In this document: piece by piece, positions 23,126 to 35,260 of the stretch | Layout of the letters: each line of letters begins with the position of its first letter | Position numbering within the stretch: position 1 is the first letter of the stretch | From: Lama guanicoe | Taxonomy: Eukaryota | Length of the DNA: 64,000 nucleotides | Reading direction: 5' to 3' | Assembly: GCA_013239625.1 (NCBI GenBank) | Contig: MU053881.1 | Span: 6,037,957-6,101,956, forward strand | Translations under genes and position numbers: made by a program | The notes under the pieces: model-generated | What the model was told of the DNA's origin: nothing | Databases searched by the model: none | The model's input: the letters and a program-made list of their open reading frames with translations, nothing else

Positions 23126-24259
23126 CATGGTTATAAAAGGTCTAAACCAAGGAGCAGGGCCAGGCCAGGTCTGGCACCTCAGAGTGGACGGTCTTGATGC
23201 TGCCCCAGAAGCTTTGATGCGGGATGCCAGGTACAGAGGCCAAATGCTCTGTCTATATCTGCCCATCTCCACTGGCTCCGTGGTCCAGCTGGCCGGGGCC
23301 TTGTGGAGTACACAGGTCTGCCTCATGCAGAGCAGGCCGGGCTGCATCCCTCCCTGACAGGTTCAGGCAGCCTTCTTTAAGGGGCCAGCCACCTGCCCTG
23401 CCCCCATATGACTTAGGGGGAGAATTTGGCCTCAGGGGCTAGAGCTTCAACTTCTCAGGAAGCTCTCAGACATGAGGAACTTTCCATCCACATTGCAGGA
23501 ATTTTTTTGCAGAAAAGGAAAAAACTGAAAACCTTCATCCTTTGGCCTCTGGGAGAATATTCCTTTTATGTGAAACTGGCAGGGAGGGAAACTCAAGATT
23601 CCTTCTCCTTCGCCTAATTGATATCAACATGAAATATTCTGGTGTTGTTTTAATAAGACTTTGGTTTTCCAGCAAGAGTAGGGGAAAAAAAGAAAAAAGA
23701 TCTTCTCCTGGACCAGAATATTTTTAGCGAAAATATTTTGCTTGCATCGTCCCTGCCCCCTCCCTTCCCTGTTCCTGCCCTGGCTTCAAAGGCACAGCAG
23801 TGCCGTTCTGGGGTGCTAAGCGGCTGCAGGCCCACACTCAGCACCCCCTCCTCCCCTTGCATGGCAGGCAGGCCGGCCAGGGAGTGCCAAGCCAGGAAGA
23901 TATTTTTTCCAGAAGCGGCATCTGGCTCCTTGGCAGGCACACAAGCAGTTGTGCTGGCAGCCGGGGCTGGCCGGGGTCTGTCGTGTGTTTAGGCTGCTGC
24001 CTCTTCTGACTCTCTCCCACAGACACGATGTTCTCTCTCCTAGGCTGGGCCCCTGCTGCCCTCGCCCCTCGGGAGGGTGGGGCGGAGGGACCTCTGAGTG
24101 CCTGAGGGCTTCGCCCCTTGCCTCTCAACAGAGTCTGACACTGGAGACCCACCTGGGCTCCGTCTCTTGCCAGCTTGACTTTGGGCAGGTGGGTTAACCT
24201 TTCTGAGTCCTCAGTTGCCTCAGATGGGAAATATGAGTCATCACCCTCTCCATAAACTG

Positions 24260-24740
24260 CTCCGCCTGTCTGATCTGGCCTGGACCTGACTTTCCAACTG
24301 AGTATCTCACACTCTTCCCATCGTACATGAACTGCCCCCCATCCCTCCCCGCAAGCATGGCCTCCTTTGCTTTCTCGAGCCTCCAAAATCTTTGTAACCT
24401 TAGAGCGTTGGCACTTGCTGTACCCTCTTTGCCCAACTTTTGAACACCTGGGTCCTTCTCCCACTTCCGGTTGCCACGCAAAGGCCACCTCCTCCGAGAG
24501 GCTTTCTCTGACTTCTCCGTCTCGAGCAGCCCCTTGAGCTGCTACCACATTTCCCTGGAGCTTTCCTTCAGAGCGCTTATCAATACCTGCTCTGTGTGTT
24601 TGGTATCTGGTGTTTGGTATTCTTCACCCCTCTCCTGCCCCCAGGCTAGGGGCTCCACGAGAGCAGGGATCTCGTCTGTTTTGTCCATCAGTGTGTTCTA
24701 GCCACGCCGAGCAGGGATTTCCCAGTGGCTTTGGATGAAT
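24260..24740 (+). mobile_element. L2 fragment
   Basis: ttggcacttgctgtaccctct...cacctcctccgagaggctttctctgac...gctccacgagagcagggatctcgtctgttttgt. Confidence 0.65.
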
Positions 24741-26730
24741 TCAAGGACTCCCAGGCCCACTGGAGATGCTTCCTGATTCTCTCTTCAACAGCCCTCAGGA
24801 GTCATAATGCCCCCAGCCCATCACCCTGGAGAGGGGCACTTGGAAGGAGGCCAATGTTCAGCATGCGCCCTGACATAACACGTCAAGACCACCTCTCGTA
24901 TCCCTTTTATCTTCATCCCAACCCTTCAAGGTAGGAATGATTATCACCGATTTGCAAATGAGGATTCTGAGACGCTGAGGGACTGACCCGCTGTCACACA
25001 GCTAGGATGCTGCCAGCTCAGCCTAATCCCTCTGCCCTCTTTCTCTGCTCCCCAGGGCCAGTCCGGCCACCACGCCGTGTGAGCTGAGGCTCAGGCATGA
25101 TGCCATGATAAACACCAATGACAGCTCTCACACTGAGTTGTTTGTGCCATGCCAGGTGTTCTCCATCCATCATCCTGTGAAACCCACAGCCGCTCTGTAG
25201 GTGGTGATCGTGAAACCCCACTACATGGAGGAAGAAACTGAGGCTTACACGGATGACGTGGCCTCCCTGGGTACACACAGGAAGCAGGGACTGCCCTAGG
25301 TGCTCAGTGGAATGGCCTCATTGCCAGAGTGAGATCCTTCTAGCATTTGTGCTATGCTTTCTAATGCACCTTTAGTGCCCATTTTTGATCACACAGCTAG
25401 AATGTGACTGTGCTCAGTCATTAAATGGATGGATGGATGGATCCCAGAGCCAGATATGAATCTTGGTCTCCCTGGATAACAGAAACCAGGGTCCCCATTC
25501 TGCCTCTACCTTCCATCCCAGGCCGAGAGAAGGGTCTAAACCTCATGGATGTCCAGATGCCAGCTTTAAACTGAAGGTCTAGCCCCACAGTAAAACCACT
25601 GCAACCAGCCCATGCAGCTCTGTCTCCCCACCCTCCCCACCCCCATCCCCAGAGGGGCCAGAGATGAGAAATGACAGCCAACATCTGATTAAATCGAATT
25701 CTCCTGCCACCCTCCCTATGGCCACCCAACCGCATCTGTCCTTGAGACATCAGGATGAGGGTGCTGACAAGCCCCTCCCCCGGGCCTGTAGAGGACCCAA
25801 GGCACAGAGAGGGGGAGACACTTGTCAAGGTTACTCAGTCTTGGGTCCCAGGGTTAAGCTTGTCTGGGTGGGAAGGGCTTCAAACGCTGTTTTGTGAGCA
25901 AGCAGGTGGGGCCCGGCAGCTACCCGGCCCCTTTGCCACGGGTACATTGTGACAGCTCCCCCTTTGCAGATGGTGGCGTCTGTGGCCCAGATGCAGTCCT
26001 AGTGTCTGTGGAGAGACAGGCCCATCAGCTTCAAGACGACCTCTTGCTTCGTGGGCAGGTCTGATCCACTCACCAGACGTGAGGAGATACATCTAGCAGG
26101 GTTTTCTAGGCAGGGAACAAAGCCAGAATATTCCTCTGGACAAGCAGAGTATCCCCTTGGCTGCCCAGCCCTGCCTCCTTCTCTGGGTTTAAGCCCACAC
26201 CCCAGCCTCAAGTACCCTGCTCACATTCCAGCAATGCTATACAGCACCCTGCAAGGCCTTTGAAAATGCCATCTTTTCTGCCCAAAATGCCTTTCCCTAC
26301 TTTATCCCTTGAGGAATTCTTGCTCCTTCCTACAACATCTGGCTCCAGTGTCCCCAGCCCTGTGCCTTTCTCCTACCTGGCGCCTCTCATCCCGGCCCTC
26401 TGCTCCATGATGGCCTGGCTATGCGGCTGCTGCAGGGCTGGTCTATGAGCTCGGGGCCGCAGAATCCCTGTCGGACGGTCTTGATACCCACCCCGTCCCT
26501 GCACCAGTCCCAGCACCTGGCACATTTGGTCGCTGGGCCCTGGTACCCCAAGCCTCTGAAGGCATTATTTGTCCTGAAGTTGTAGGGGTCAATCTGGAGA
26601 TGTGATTCATGTATGAACACTTGTCAATTTAGAGGAGTCCCTGAACTGCAGAGAAATGCAGCCTTTATCAGGGTTTTCAGATGACCCACTAGGCGCCGAG
26701 GGTGATTAAGGGCCATTGTTTCACATCAAA

Positions 26731-26960
26731 TTTTTTTTTCAAATTGAAGTATAGTGGATTTACAATGTTGTGCAGCATAGTGATTCACATATATCTGTCT
26801 ATCCATCTACCTGTCTATCATTTTTCATTATAGGTTATTCAAGCTACTGAATATAGCTGTCTGGGCTATACAGTAAGTCAGACAGGGAAAGACAAATATC
26901 ATATATCACTTATATGTGGAATCTAACAAAGTGACACAAATGTACTTATTTACAAATCAG
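26731..26960 (-). mobile_element. 5'-inverted (twin-primed) L1 3' fragment
   Basis: Poly-T plus antisense L1 tail (26731-26875) joined to sense upstream L1 sequence agtcagacagggaaagacaaatatcatatatcacttatatgtggaatct (26876-26960). Confidence 0.75.
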
Positions 26961-27279
26961 ATAATTCTTTTCTCTCTGGCCACTAACACCTCCCTGGCTG
27001 TCTCCTCAGCCCCCAGCACCAGCCTGGCCCATACATCCTTGCAGAATGGAGACATGAACGAACGCAGGGCTCAGCTCAGCAGACCCTGAGCTGTCCAGAT
27101 TTGCAGCCTCCCCCACCCGCTACGGCAACTGAGTGCAAATATCACGGGTTTGGAGCTGAAGAGGCTCGAGGTTGAATCCCAGTTCTGCCTCTTCCCAGAG
27201 TGGGAAAATGAGTGAGTCACGGGAGTGAAGAGGCATAATTCTGGAGTCTGAGACTTCAAGGGGTGAGGGCACTGAGTGC

Positions 27280-27640
27280 ACGGGGTGACCGGGATGACCG
27301 AGGTGACCGGGGCTTTGGAAGGGTCTGTCCCGCCCGAGGTTGCCCTGCCTGTGGCTCCGGGGCAGGTGGGTCTGGGAGGGCCGGCGGGCCGTTTCCGCCG
27401 TCCCCTCCCTTCCCTCCCCGCGCCCGCAGCCAGCTGTGGGGCAGACATTCCTGGGCCTGCTCATTGATATTCAGGAATGGAACTCGAGCCGCTCCCGGTG
27501 CCCAGAGCGGGCGGGCACTCAGGCCCTCTGCCTGGGCCCTTCCGCCCAGAACTAGGGGGGGGAGGGTCTAAACACCCTCAGCAGCCAGAGGGAGCATCCC
27601 GGGCCATGGACCCAGAAGCTGGACGGCCGGGGAAACTGAG
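27280..27640. promoter_or_regulatory. Small CpG/GC-rich element, enhancer-like
   Basis: Locally dense CpGs, GC boxes (gggcggg), E-box cagctg 27431-27436, paired TEAD-type CATTCC motifs. Confidence 0.45.
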
Positions 27641-29099
27641 GCCCCAGGGCACTCCGAAGTCTGGGGGCGTGGATGGCTGGAGTCTCCTGACTCCCGGCAC
27701 AGTGCTCACTCTCGGGAAGCCCTCTGAGCTGCCAAGTGTCCCCGGAGCTTCCTGCTCCTCCAGGTGCTTCCGAGTCTCTCCCAGCTCCATGCTACTCTCC
27801 CGAGACCCTGCTGAGGCCCCACGGAGGGAGAGGGGGCTAGATTGCAGGCCAGAAGCTGGCTGGCTGGCCTTCCCACACCTTCTCAGCAGGGAGACTGACC
27901 GGGAGGCTCCTCCCTCACAGCCTCCGTTTGCCAAGCCCCCACCTCACACCTCCAGGTTTTTGCAGATGGGCCTTGTTTTTCCTTGGGGTGTAAAAGGGCC
28001 GATCATTGCAGGCCAGCCACAAACTCCCAGCTCCTGAGGAGAGAGGCCCCTGACCCAGGGATCATAGGATGAGGAGGGGGTGCACCTTCTCAGAGCCAGC
28101 TGGGACCCAGCCCTGGGGCTCAGGCCCACACGCCAGGGGGAGGCATAAAAGCCCCTGCACCCTCTCCCTGGAGCACCACTTAACCATCCACCACCACCAC
28201 CTTGTAGCTTCTGGTCACTCTTCCTGGCCTCTTCCTGAATCCTACTGGGCCCAGGTGTCCACCCTTCTCCAAGTCACCTGAAGGACTCGGGGCCAAGCCT
28301 GAGACCCTTGAAGGATGGCCCACCCCCATCCACTCTGCACGGCCTCTCCCCTAGCTCAGCCTCCCACCTCTCCTTCTTCCAGAACCTTCCATGTTGCCCT
28401 CCAGAACTCCAGGTCTGTACACAGCACGCTCTTTCACATACCCACAGCTTTCTCCTCTTCTCAGATCCTCTGCTCCACCCCCTCATCAGAGCTGCCCCTG
28501 CCTTGAGGGTGTCCTCCCCGCGTGCCTTACCAACGGGAGTCTGGGTTTCTCTCACATCCCAGAGAAAGGAGAGCGAGGTGGCGCCACCTGACTTCACATG
28601 GCCACTTTCTGACCTTTGCTGCTCCTCCTGCTTCTCAAAACACCCAGGTGTGCAGGGCTGACTGGCTGCACCTCACCCCCACTACTGTCGTCTACCAGCC
28701 TCTCCCATTCCTCACTCGCTGAGGGCTCCCTTATCAACCTGCCTTTTGACGTTGCCCTGGGTCACTTGGACCCCAACCAACTCCTTGGCCTTGGACTTCC
28801 TCTTCACCAATGCCCCCTCCTCCACTCCAGATCAGTTCTCATAACATGTCATCACCAGAAATGCAAGAATTCAAACATTGCAATCTCCAACTGCAACCCT
28901 CTGTCTTGGTGTTCACTTGCCCTCAGACCACCCCCGCCGCTCACTGACTGGAACAGCTCTCAAATGCATCCACTGGTTCTAGCATCTCTCTATCCCACTG
29001 TCCTCTGAGCTCCTGCAGGACAGGGTCACATGTTACTCCATTCTGCATCCTCACTGTCTGATCGCACAGGGCCTGGGACTCTGTAATGATAAAGGTCAC

Positions 29100-29300
29100 T
29101 GTAAGTGCATCCAGCACACACTGAGCAACTGCCATGGCCCGGGCACTGCTCAAAGTGCCTTATGTGAGCGAATCATTTAATTCCCCATTTTAAAGGAGGG
29201 GAAACCGAGGCCACAGAGGAGCAGTGACGTGCCCAGCACCACACTGCTAGGAAGCATGGAGCCAGGATGTGAACCCAAGCAGCCCGCTCTGCAGCTCACC
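29100..29300 (-). mobile_element. MIR SINE
   Basis: ccccattttaaaggaggggaaaccgaggcc...gtgacgtgcccagcaccacac...ggagccaggatgtgaaccca. Confidence 0.75.
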
Positions 29301-30327
29301 TGCCTGATCTCCCCAGTACGAGGCTCCCCTGGTGTAGCACGGAGCTACACTTGTTAATGGAGTTGAGTTGAACGGAGATACCTCCCCACCAGAGTAGAAG
29401 CAGACACCCTAGAGTTCAACCAACCTCCTCCTGTTCTTAGAACTGCAGCCAGAGATACCATTTGCCAAATACTGAAGAAACATGTAAGGGGGTAGCTAAA
29501 AGCTTAATCTGGAGGCAGACATTCCTCAGTTTTGAATGCCAGCATTTCACTCACCAGCTCTTGGACCTTGCTCAAGCAACTCATTTATTTCATGCCTCAA
29601 TTTTCTCATCTTTAAAATGGGGGCCAGTCATAGTAAAAGTGAAACGAGAAGAACACACAGAAGGCCCTTAACTCCGTAGGAGGTGCAGAGCTGATGAGCA
29701 ACAGATATTCACTGAGCACCTCCTATCTACCAGGCGCTGAGCTGAGTGTGGGGGTACAGGCTGGAAAAATAGGCTGGGCAGGGGGAGGAGCATTTACAAT
29801 CACAGGTGTAGGACGATCTCTTAGGAAAACCAACCCCTGCGGGGTTTGGTTGCTTTAATAACAGATTTGCTGGGTTCTATCTAAAGCCAGCTTGTGCCTG
29901 AGGTGAAGCGCGCCTGCTCTCACACCTCTGTGCCTTTGCACAGGCTTCTCTGCTCAGATACTTCTCCCTCACCCTGGCCTAACTGGAAAACGCCTACCCA
30001 ACCTGGAACGCCCAGCCCGAGTACTGCCCACTCTGTGAAGCTGCCTCTGATTCCTGCAGAATAGAATCAGTCTCCCTTTTCCTCTGGCTACCCCGAGCAC
30101 ATTGTATACACTCTTACCGAAGTAACCCTGTTCATTCACAGATTCAGTGCATAGATAGATGACAGGTCAATAGATTGATGATTGATGGATTGATCGATAG
30201 AGCAATCAACAAACATTTGCTGAGGACCTAGATACCTACTTTGGGCACTAAGATTACAAATCATACCTAAACATTAACAACTATTGAATATGTGCTATAA
30301 GCCAAGCAGTTTTAAATGCTTGATATA

Positions 30328-30428
30328 GGGGAAAGGATATAGCTCAGTGGTAGTGGCTGCTTGGTGTGCACGAGGTCCTGGGTTCATTCCCCAGTACCTC
30401 CATTAAAAATAAATTAAAAAATAAATAT
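30328..30428 (+). mobile_element. vic-1-type SINE inserted in a minus-strand MIR
   Basis: ggatatagctcagtggtag...gaggtcctgggttcattcccc; TSD atgcttgatata (30316-30327) / atgcttgatgta (30429-30440); host MIR spans about 30270-30600. Confidence 0.85.
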
Positions 30429-31039
30429 ATGCTTGATGTATAGTCTTCACAACAACACTGTAAGAGAGGAGCTATGATTACCCCCACTCTACAGATGGAG
30501 ACACTGAGATACAGAGACGTTAAGCTACTTTCCCAGGTCTCACAGCCAGGATGTAGCAAAGCCAGGCTTGCTGCCTGGGCTCTTACCGGCTCTACCACAC
30601 TGCCTCTCATGGGCTGGATGAGTCAGTCCTTCCCCTTGAGTTTCGGCCACATCCACTGCTTATTTCTAGGTTGGCCCATCCCCCTGGTTTGCCTGGAACC
30701 GGGGGTTTCACACGACTTGAGACTTTCGATGCTAAACGTGGGAAAGTCCCAGGTAAACCGGGACAAGTCGGTCACTCTGGTCTTCCCTCGGAAATGTCCT
30801 GGAACCAGATGACTCCCACATCTGTCAGGTCCACACCCACCCTCCAAGCAGCCTCCAAAGGGAAGAAAACCTGTGTCCAAGTGGGATCCTGTCCAGAGGC
30901 AGGGAAGCCCCTCCTGGCTGCTCGTCCAGGCCCTCCCAGTCCCCAAGGTCTGCAGGCTGGCGGAAACGGACATGAGGAGGGGCCGGCCCAAGGCCTGCAG
31001 GCCAGGGAGGTGACCTCAGAGCAGGTGCTGGGCTCACCT

Positions 31040-31310
31040 CCTCCCCAGGGCCCGGCCGAGGCCCCGCCGAGGGGCATGCTCCCCGCCTCGGCCGGCTCCC
31101 GTCCCCAGGTCTCCCTCCGCCCAGCCGAGGTGATGCTTTTCCCGGTTCAGCCAGGAGCCGGGGAGACTGTCCTGCCTTCTCCCAGCGCCAGCTGGCCCTT
31201 CCGAGGTGACGGAGGAGAAGGCCATCCCAACACGCTAGGATTTCTCTCCTCTGCCCATCTCCTCCTCCTCCCCCCCGGCCCACTCTGGCCCTCGGCAGCC
31301 GCTCAGACAC
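31040..31310. promoter_or_regulatory. CpG/GC-rich element
   Basis: cccggccgaggccccgccgagggg...ccccgcctcggccggctcccg, non-repetitive and CpG retaining. Confidence 0.4.
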
Positions 31311-31500
31311 CCTCCTCCTTTACAGAAAGCACTTAATTAAAGCTGAAGGGAGGGACAAAATTCTATTAAAACAAAAAACAGAAAAAAAAAAGGAGAAAAA
31401 AGAATAGGGTAAATAACACCAGGCCTGGAAAGAGGGTGCCTTTCAGTAAACACTGACTCCATTCCATCAGCATAAAAATATGCCAAATCGTCCCTCATTT

Positions 31501-31647
31501 ATTTTATTATATTTCATTTTTTAAATTTTCTAGGGGGGTTGCTGGGTTTATTTATTGATTTATTTTCAGAGCAGGTACGGGGGCTTGAACCCAGGACCTT
31601 GTGTATGCTAATCATGCACTCTACCATTTGAGCTATACACTTTCCCT
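31501..31647 (-). mobile_element. vic-1-type SINE
   Basis: gggcttgaacccaggaccttgtgtatgctaatcatgcactctaccatttgagctatac is the antisense of the SINE head; T-rich tail upstream. Confidence 0.85.
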
Positions 31648-31669
31648 AACTTGTCCCTAGTTTAAAATA

Positions 31670-32630
31670 ATAAACTCCTTGACTCCCACACTCCCCATCA
31701 GTGATCACCCTCCTTTTCTTCTCATCTTAACAGCAGAATGCCTCAAAAGAGTCTGTGTTCACTTTTCCCCTTTCTCCCGATCCCGCGTCTACCATCCCCA
31801 CCCTCCAGGACGCCCGCATTTCTCTAACACCAAAGACTTCCGGTGATCAATTTGCAGCCCTTCCTCCTCCTTTTCCTCCTTCTCCTCCTCCTCTTCCACC
31901 ACCTTCTCAATCCCCCAGGAGAACTGGGCGCGGGTAGTCCCATCCCTCCTTCTTGACACGTGGCTTCTGGACCCACTCTCTCCAGTTCCCCTCCTGCCCT
32001 CTGGCCACCCCTTCCTGCTGCCTTGGCTGATTACCCTTCATTTGCTGCCCCTGAATGTTGGAGAGCCTCAGGGCTCAGTCCTCCATCCCTGCAGCTGCCC
32101 TTGGGTGGATCCCATCAGTCTTCCTCCTTCAGATATGCTCTCTGAACGTCTGCTACTCCCAACTCCTGTCTTCTGTCCGGACCTCCCTTAGACTTGCTGC
32201 TCTTCGAATATCCCTAATACGCACGGACACCAAGATCTTGAGCTTTCTGTCTACCTATCCCCCAAGTATCCGCAGAGCTGCCCCGTAAGCACCTTCTCCA
32301 ACCACTTTATACCAAGTAGCACACACCATAAACATCTTCCACCCAAAACTTGCTTTATTGCTCTTGGTATCATTTTTCATAGCCTGTTATTTTATGTATT
32401 TATTTGCTTATATCTCATAGAATATAATGTCCTTCCTTCAGTACAGGCCCTCTCTACTTTGTTTCCTGCTTTAGCTCCAGCTCATCTAATAAATATGTAT
32501 TATAGTTCATATACTTATAAATACATGTATCTTTAACATATAAACATGCCACATGCCCTGATGCTATACCAGAGCAGTACCTGGCCTGGAGTGGACACAC
32601 AGGAAATATTTGTAGAATGGATGAGTGAAT
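31670..32630 (+). mobile_element. L2 fragments
   Basis: tccctccttcttgacac...cactctctccagtt...ctcagggctcagtcct...cctggcctggagtggacacacaggaaatatttgtagaatggatgagtgaatgaa. Confidence 0.6.
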
Positions 32631-32714
32631 GAAGGGACAAATTAGTAAACAATAAACAAATAAATATGTATTTGAATAATGAGTGATTAAATTAATACAA
32701 AATTATGTTCATGG

Positions 32715-33120
32715 CAAATAAATGGTGGCATGCTAAGGAACACATGTCAGCAATTTAAAGGAATGGATTATTGATCTATGCAACCTCATGGATGAATCCC
32801 CAAGTCATTCATCAGAGTGAAAGGAGTCCGACACAAAAGAATGTACTCTGGGTGCTTTAATTTCATAAAATTCTAGAAGAAGCAGATTAATCCAGAGAGG
32901 CCAAGAGCAGATCAGGGGTTGCCTGGGGTTGGGTTACAAGGAAGGATGGATGGCAAAAGGGCACCTAGTCTCTTGGGGGTGATGAAAGTGTTCTGTATCT
33001 TGATTGTGGTGGTGGTCTCACTGGTGCCTACACCTGTTAAATCTCATCAAGTTGCTTCCTTTGAGTAGATGCAGTTTTGGGTACATAAATCAGCCCTCAG
33101 TTAAGCTGATTTTAAAGAAA
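32715..33120 (+). mobile_element. L1MC/L1MD-type 3' UTR
   Basis: atgcaacctcatggatgaatc...agcagatcaggggttgcctgggg...gggggtgatgaaagtgttctgtatcttgattgtggtggtgg. Confidence 0.8.
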
Positions 33121-33284
33121 AGAAATGTTAGTTCATGAATGAATCAATTCATACATTCACGCCCTCCCCCAACCAGCTACTCCAGCTGGCTCCAAACACA
33201 CAGATATAACCTAATTGACACAGCTTAGCTCTCTTCTTTCCCAGCCAGACTTTTTCTAATGAGAGTGGGAATGGGAATCGGTAT

Positions 33285-33490
33285 CTATTTAGTGCCTCCT
33301 ATGTGACAGATACTTTGGCCATAATTATTTTACATCTTTCTCACAAAGCCTTGGGCAAAAATATTCCCATTTGACAGATCAGCATACTGAGACTCAGTAA
33401 AGGAAAGCGACGTCTCCAAAATCATACAGCCCCGAAATGGCAGAGCCAGGATTCAAACCTGGGTTTCTCAGACACTCTAGCTTCTTCCCA
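33285..33490 (-). mobile_element. MIR SINE
   Basis: cccatttgacagat...actgagactcag...atggcagagccaggattcaaacctggg. Confidence 0.75.
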
Positions 33491-34199
33491 CCAAGGCTCC
33501 TGATAGTAACTTGGGGTGTGTGTGTGGTCTTGGACGTGTCTCTCATCTCTCCTGAAGAAAGTGTTGCCACTACAAGGGGACCAAATGTGTTTCTCATCAT
33601 TTGTGAGTGTTTGAGACGATTCAAGGAGAAGCAGTAGCCAGGCCTAGACGTTGTATCCAGCCCATTGAGGACAAGTACATCATCCCAGCTCAAGCAACTG
33701 GTTCAGCCCATGATGTCCCTTTGGGGCTGAGAGCGGTTGAGGGAGCTAGTCTGTGCCTCAGCGTGGGGCTCTGGGAGTTGTATCGGCAAAGCCAGGGATG
33801 TGTGTATATTGAAGCTGTGGTGGGGGATCCAGAGGAGACCTCGGTATGACTCTGCCCTATAAATCATAATCTACCACCCAAGTGTGAGGGAGAAAGAGGG
33901 GGAGAGGCAAAGGAATGCATGAAACTGACATTTTTGAAACCTTAACAATATTCGGGGCCCTGTGCCAGACACTTGCACACATATCTCACTTGAGCCTCAC
34001 AGCACCCTGCCAGGTAGATAGAATTTTAGTTCCTTTTTTTTAGATAAAGAAACAGGCTCAGAGAAGTGCAGGAACTTGTATAAATCACATAAATGGTACG
34101 TGGTATGCTGCGTCCCTTCTACCAACTCTTTCTTCCATAATAAAGGTCTTGTTATCTTTAGATTTTCCCAGTTTAGCATTTTCCCCAAAGAAGTTCACT

Positions 34200-34680
34200 G
34201 CCTAATCCACATCTATTCACACACCCATCCACTCATTTATACACTCTTCCATCCATTTATGCCTATATCTAACCTACATGCATGATCATTCAATTATTCG
34301 TCAATCTAACCATCCACTCACACATGCATTCACACCGCCATCCATCAGTGCATGTACATATGCATCCGTCAACACGTCATCCAACCACAGATTCACTAGA
34401 CAACGTCCAACTACCCAACCAACCATTCAGCCACCTCGTGGTCCACCCACCCACACATCAATCAATTACCCATTCACACATATATCCACCTATCTATCTG
34501 TCCCCCACCTGTTCGTTCAACCAATCATTCCATGATTCATCCATTTATCCATTTTTCATTCATTCATCCTCTCATCCAAACAGATAACCAACCACACACT
34601 ATCCATCATCCCTTCCACATGTCTAATCATCCATTCTTCCTTCGTTGATCACTTCAGCTACCCAGCCATCCACTTTTCAC
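34200..34680. repeat. Degenerate (CCAT)n/(TCAT)n low-complexity region
   Basis: Recurring ccatccactcatt / catccatttatccat / cattcattcatcc units. Confidence 0.8.
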
Positions 34681-34702
34681 GTGTACAAAAACACATACAT
34701 GC

Positions 34703-34937
34703 TGCAATGGTTAATTTCATGTGCCAAGTTGGCCGGGTGGTGGTACCCAGATATTTAGTCAAACAGTAGTCAAGATATTGCTGTGAAGGTATTTTTTTAA
34801 ATGAGATTAACATTTAAATCAGTGGACTCTGAGTAAAGCAGATTACCTTCCACAGTGTAGGTGGGCCTCATCCAACGAGTTGAAGGCTTTAAGAGGAAAA
34901 AAAATGTTGAGGTTCCCTGAGGAAGAAGGAATTCTGT
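34703..34937 (+). mobile_element. MLT2 (ERVL) LTR 5' half
   Basis: tgcaatggttaatttcatgtgccaagttgg...gagattaacatttaaatcagtggactctgagtaaagcagattaccttcc; homologous to 11516-11760. Confidence 0.85.
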
Positions 34938-34959
34938 TGCTTATAGATTTGAGAGATAT

Positions 34960-35260
34960 TTTATAGCAGCATCCTCAGGCCTTGGTGACTGAAAGATGAC
35001 AGTGTCAAGGAGAACCCCGTTGTTTCTGGCTTGAGAGTTGAGACGAGTGGAGGTACCACTGCCGAGAACGAGGAAGTAGGAGAGGAAGGGAAGGCAGTGG
35101 GCCGCTTTGGGTTGGCAGTTCCTAGGGAATATGTTGGGGGGGACATTCAGTAGATGGGGAGATATGATCAGCTGGAGATTAAGGAACAGAGAAGAGAGTA
35201 TAGAGGCTTGAGTCAGAAGGAATAAGTAGATGACAATCCTATTTGAACAGAGGGGCCTCA
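34960..35260 (-). mobile_element. L2 fragment
   Basis: gtgtcaaggagaaccccgttgtttctggcttgag...ggaggtaccactgccgag. Confidence 0.55.

Noticed and set aside
23838..24548. 236-aa minus-strand ORF
   Set aside because: Overlaps MIR/L2 remnants, shows no recognisable domain, and is expected by chance in GC-rich DNA
29828..29851. Short hairpin aaccaacccc-tgc-ggggtttggtt
   Set aside because: Imperfect and too short for a pre-miRNA, with no supporting context
30671..31336. 221-aa plus-strand ORF
   Set aside because: Non-ATG start, low-complexity product of a GC-rich element, with overlapping ORFs on both strands
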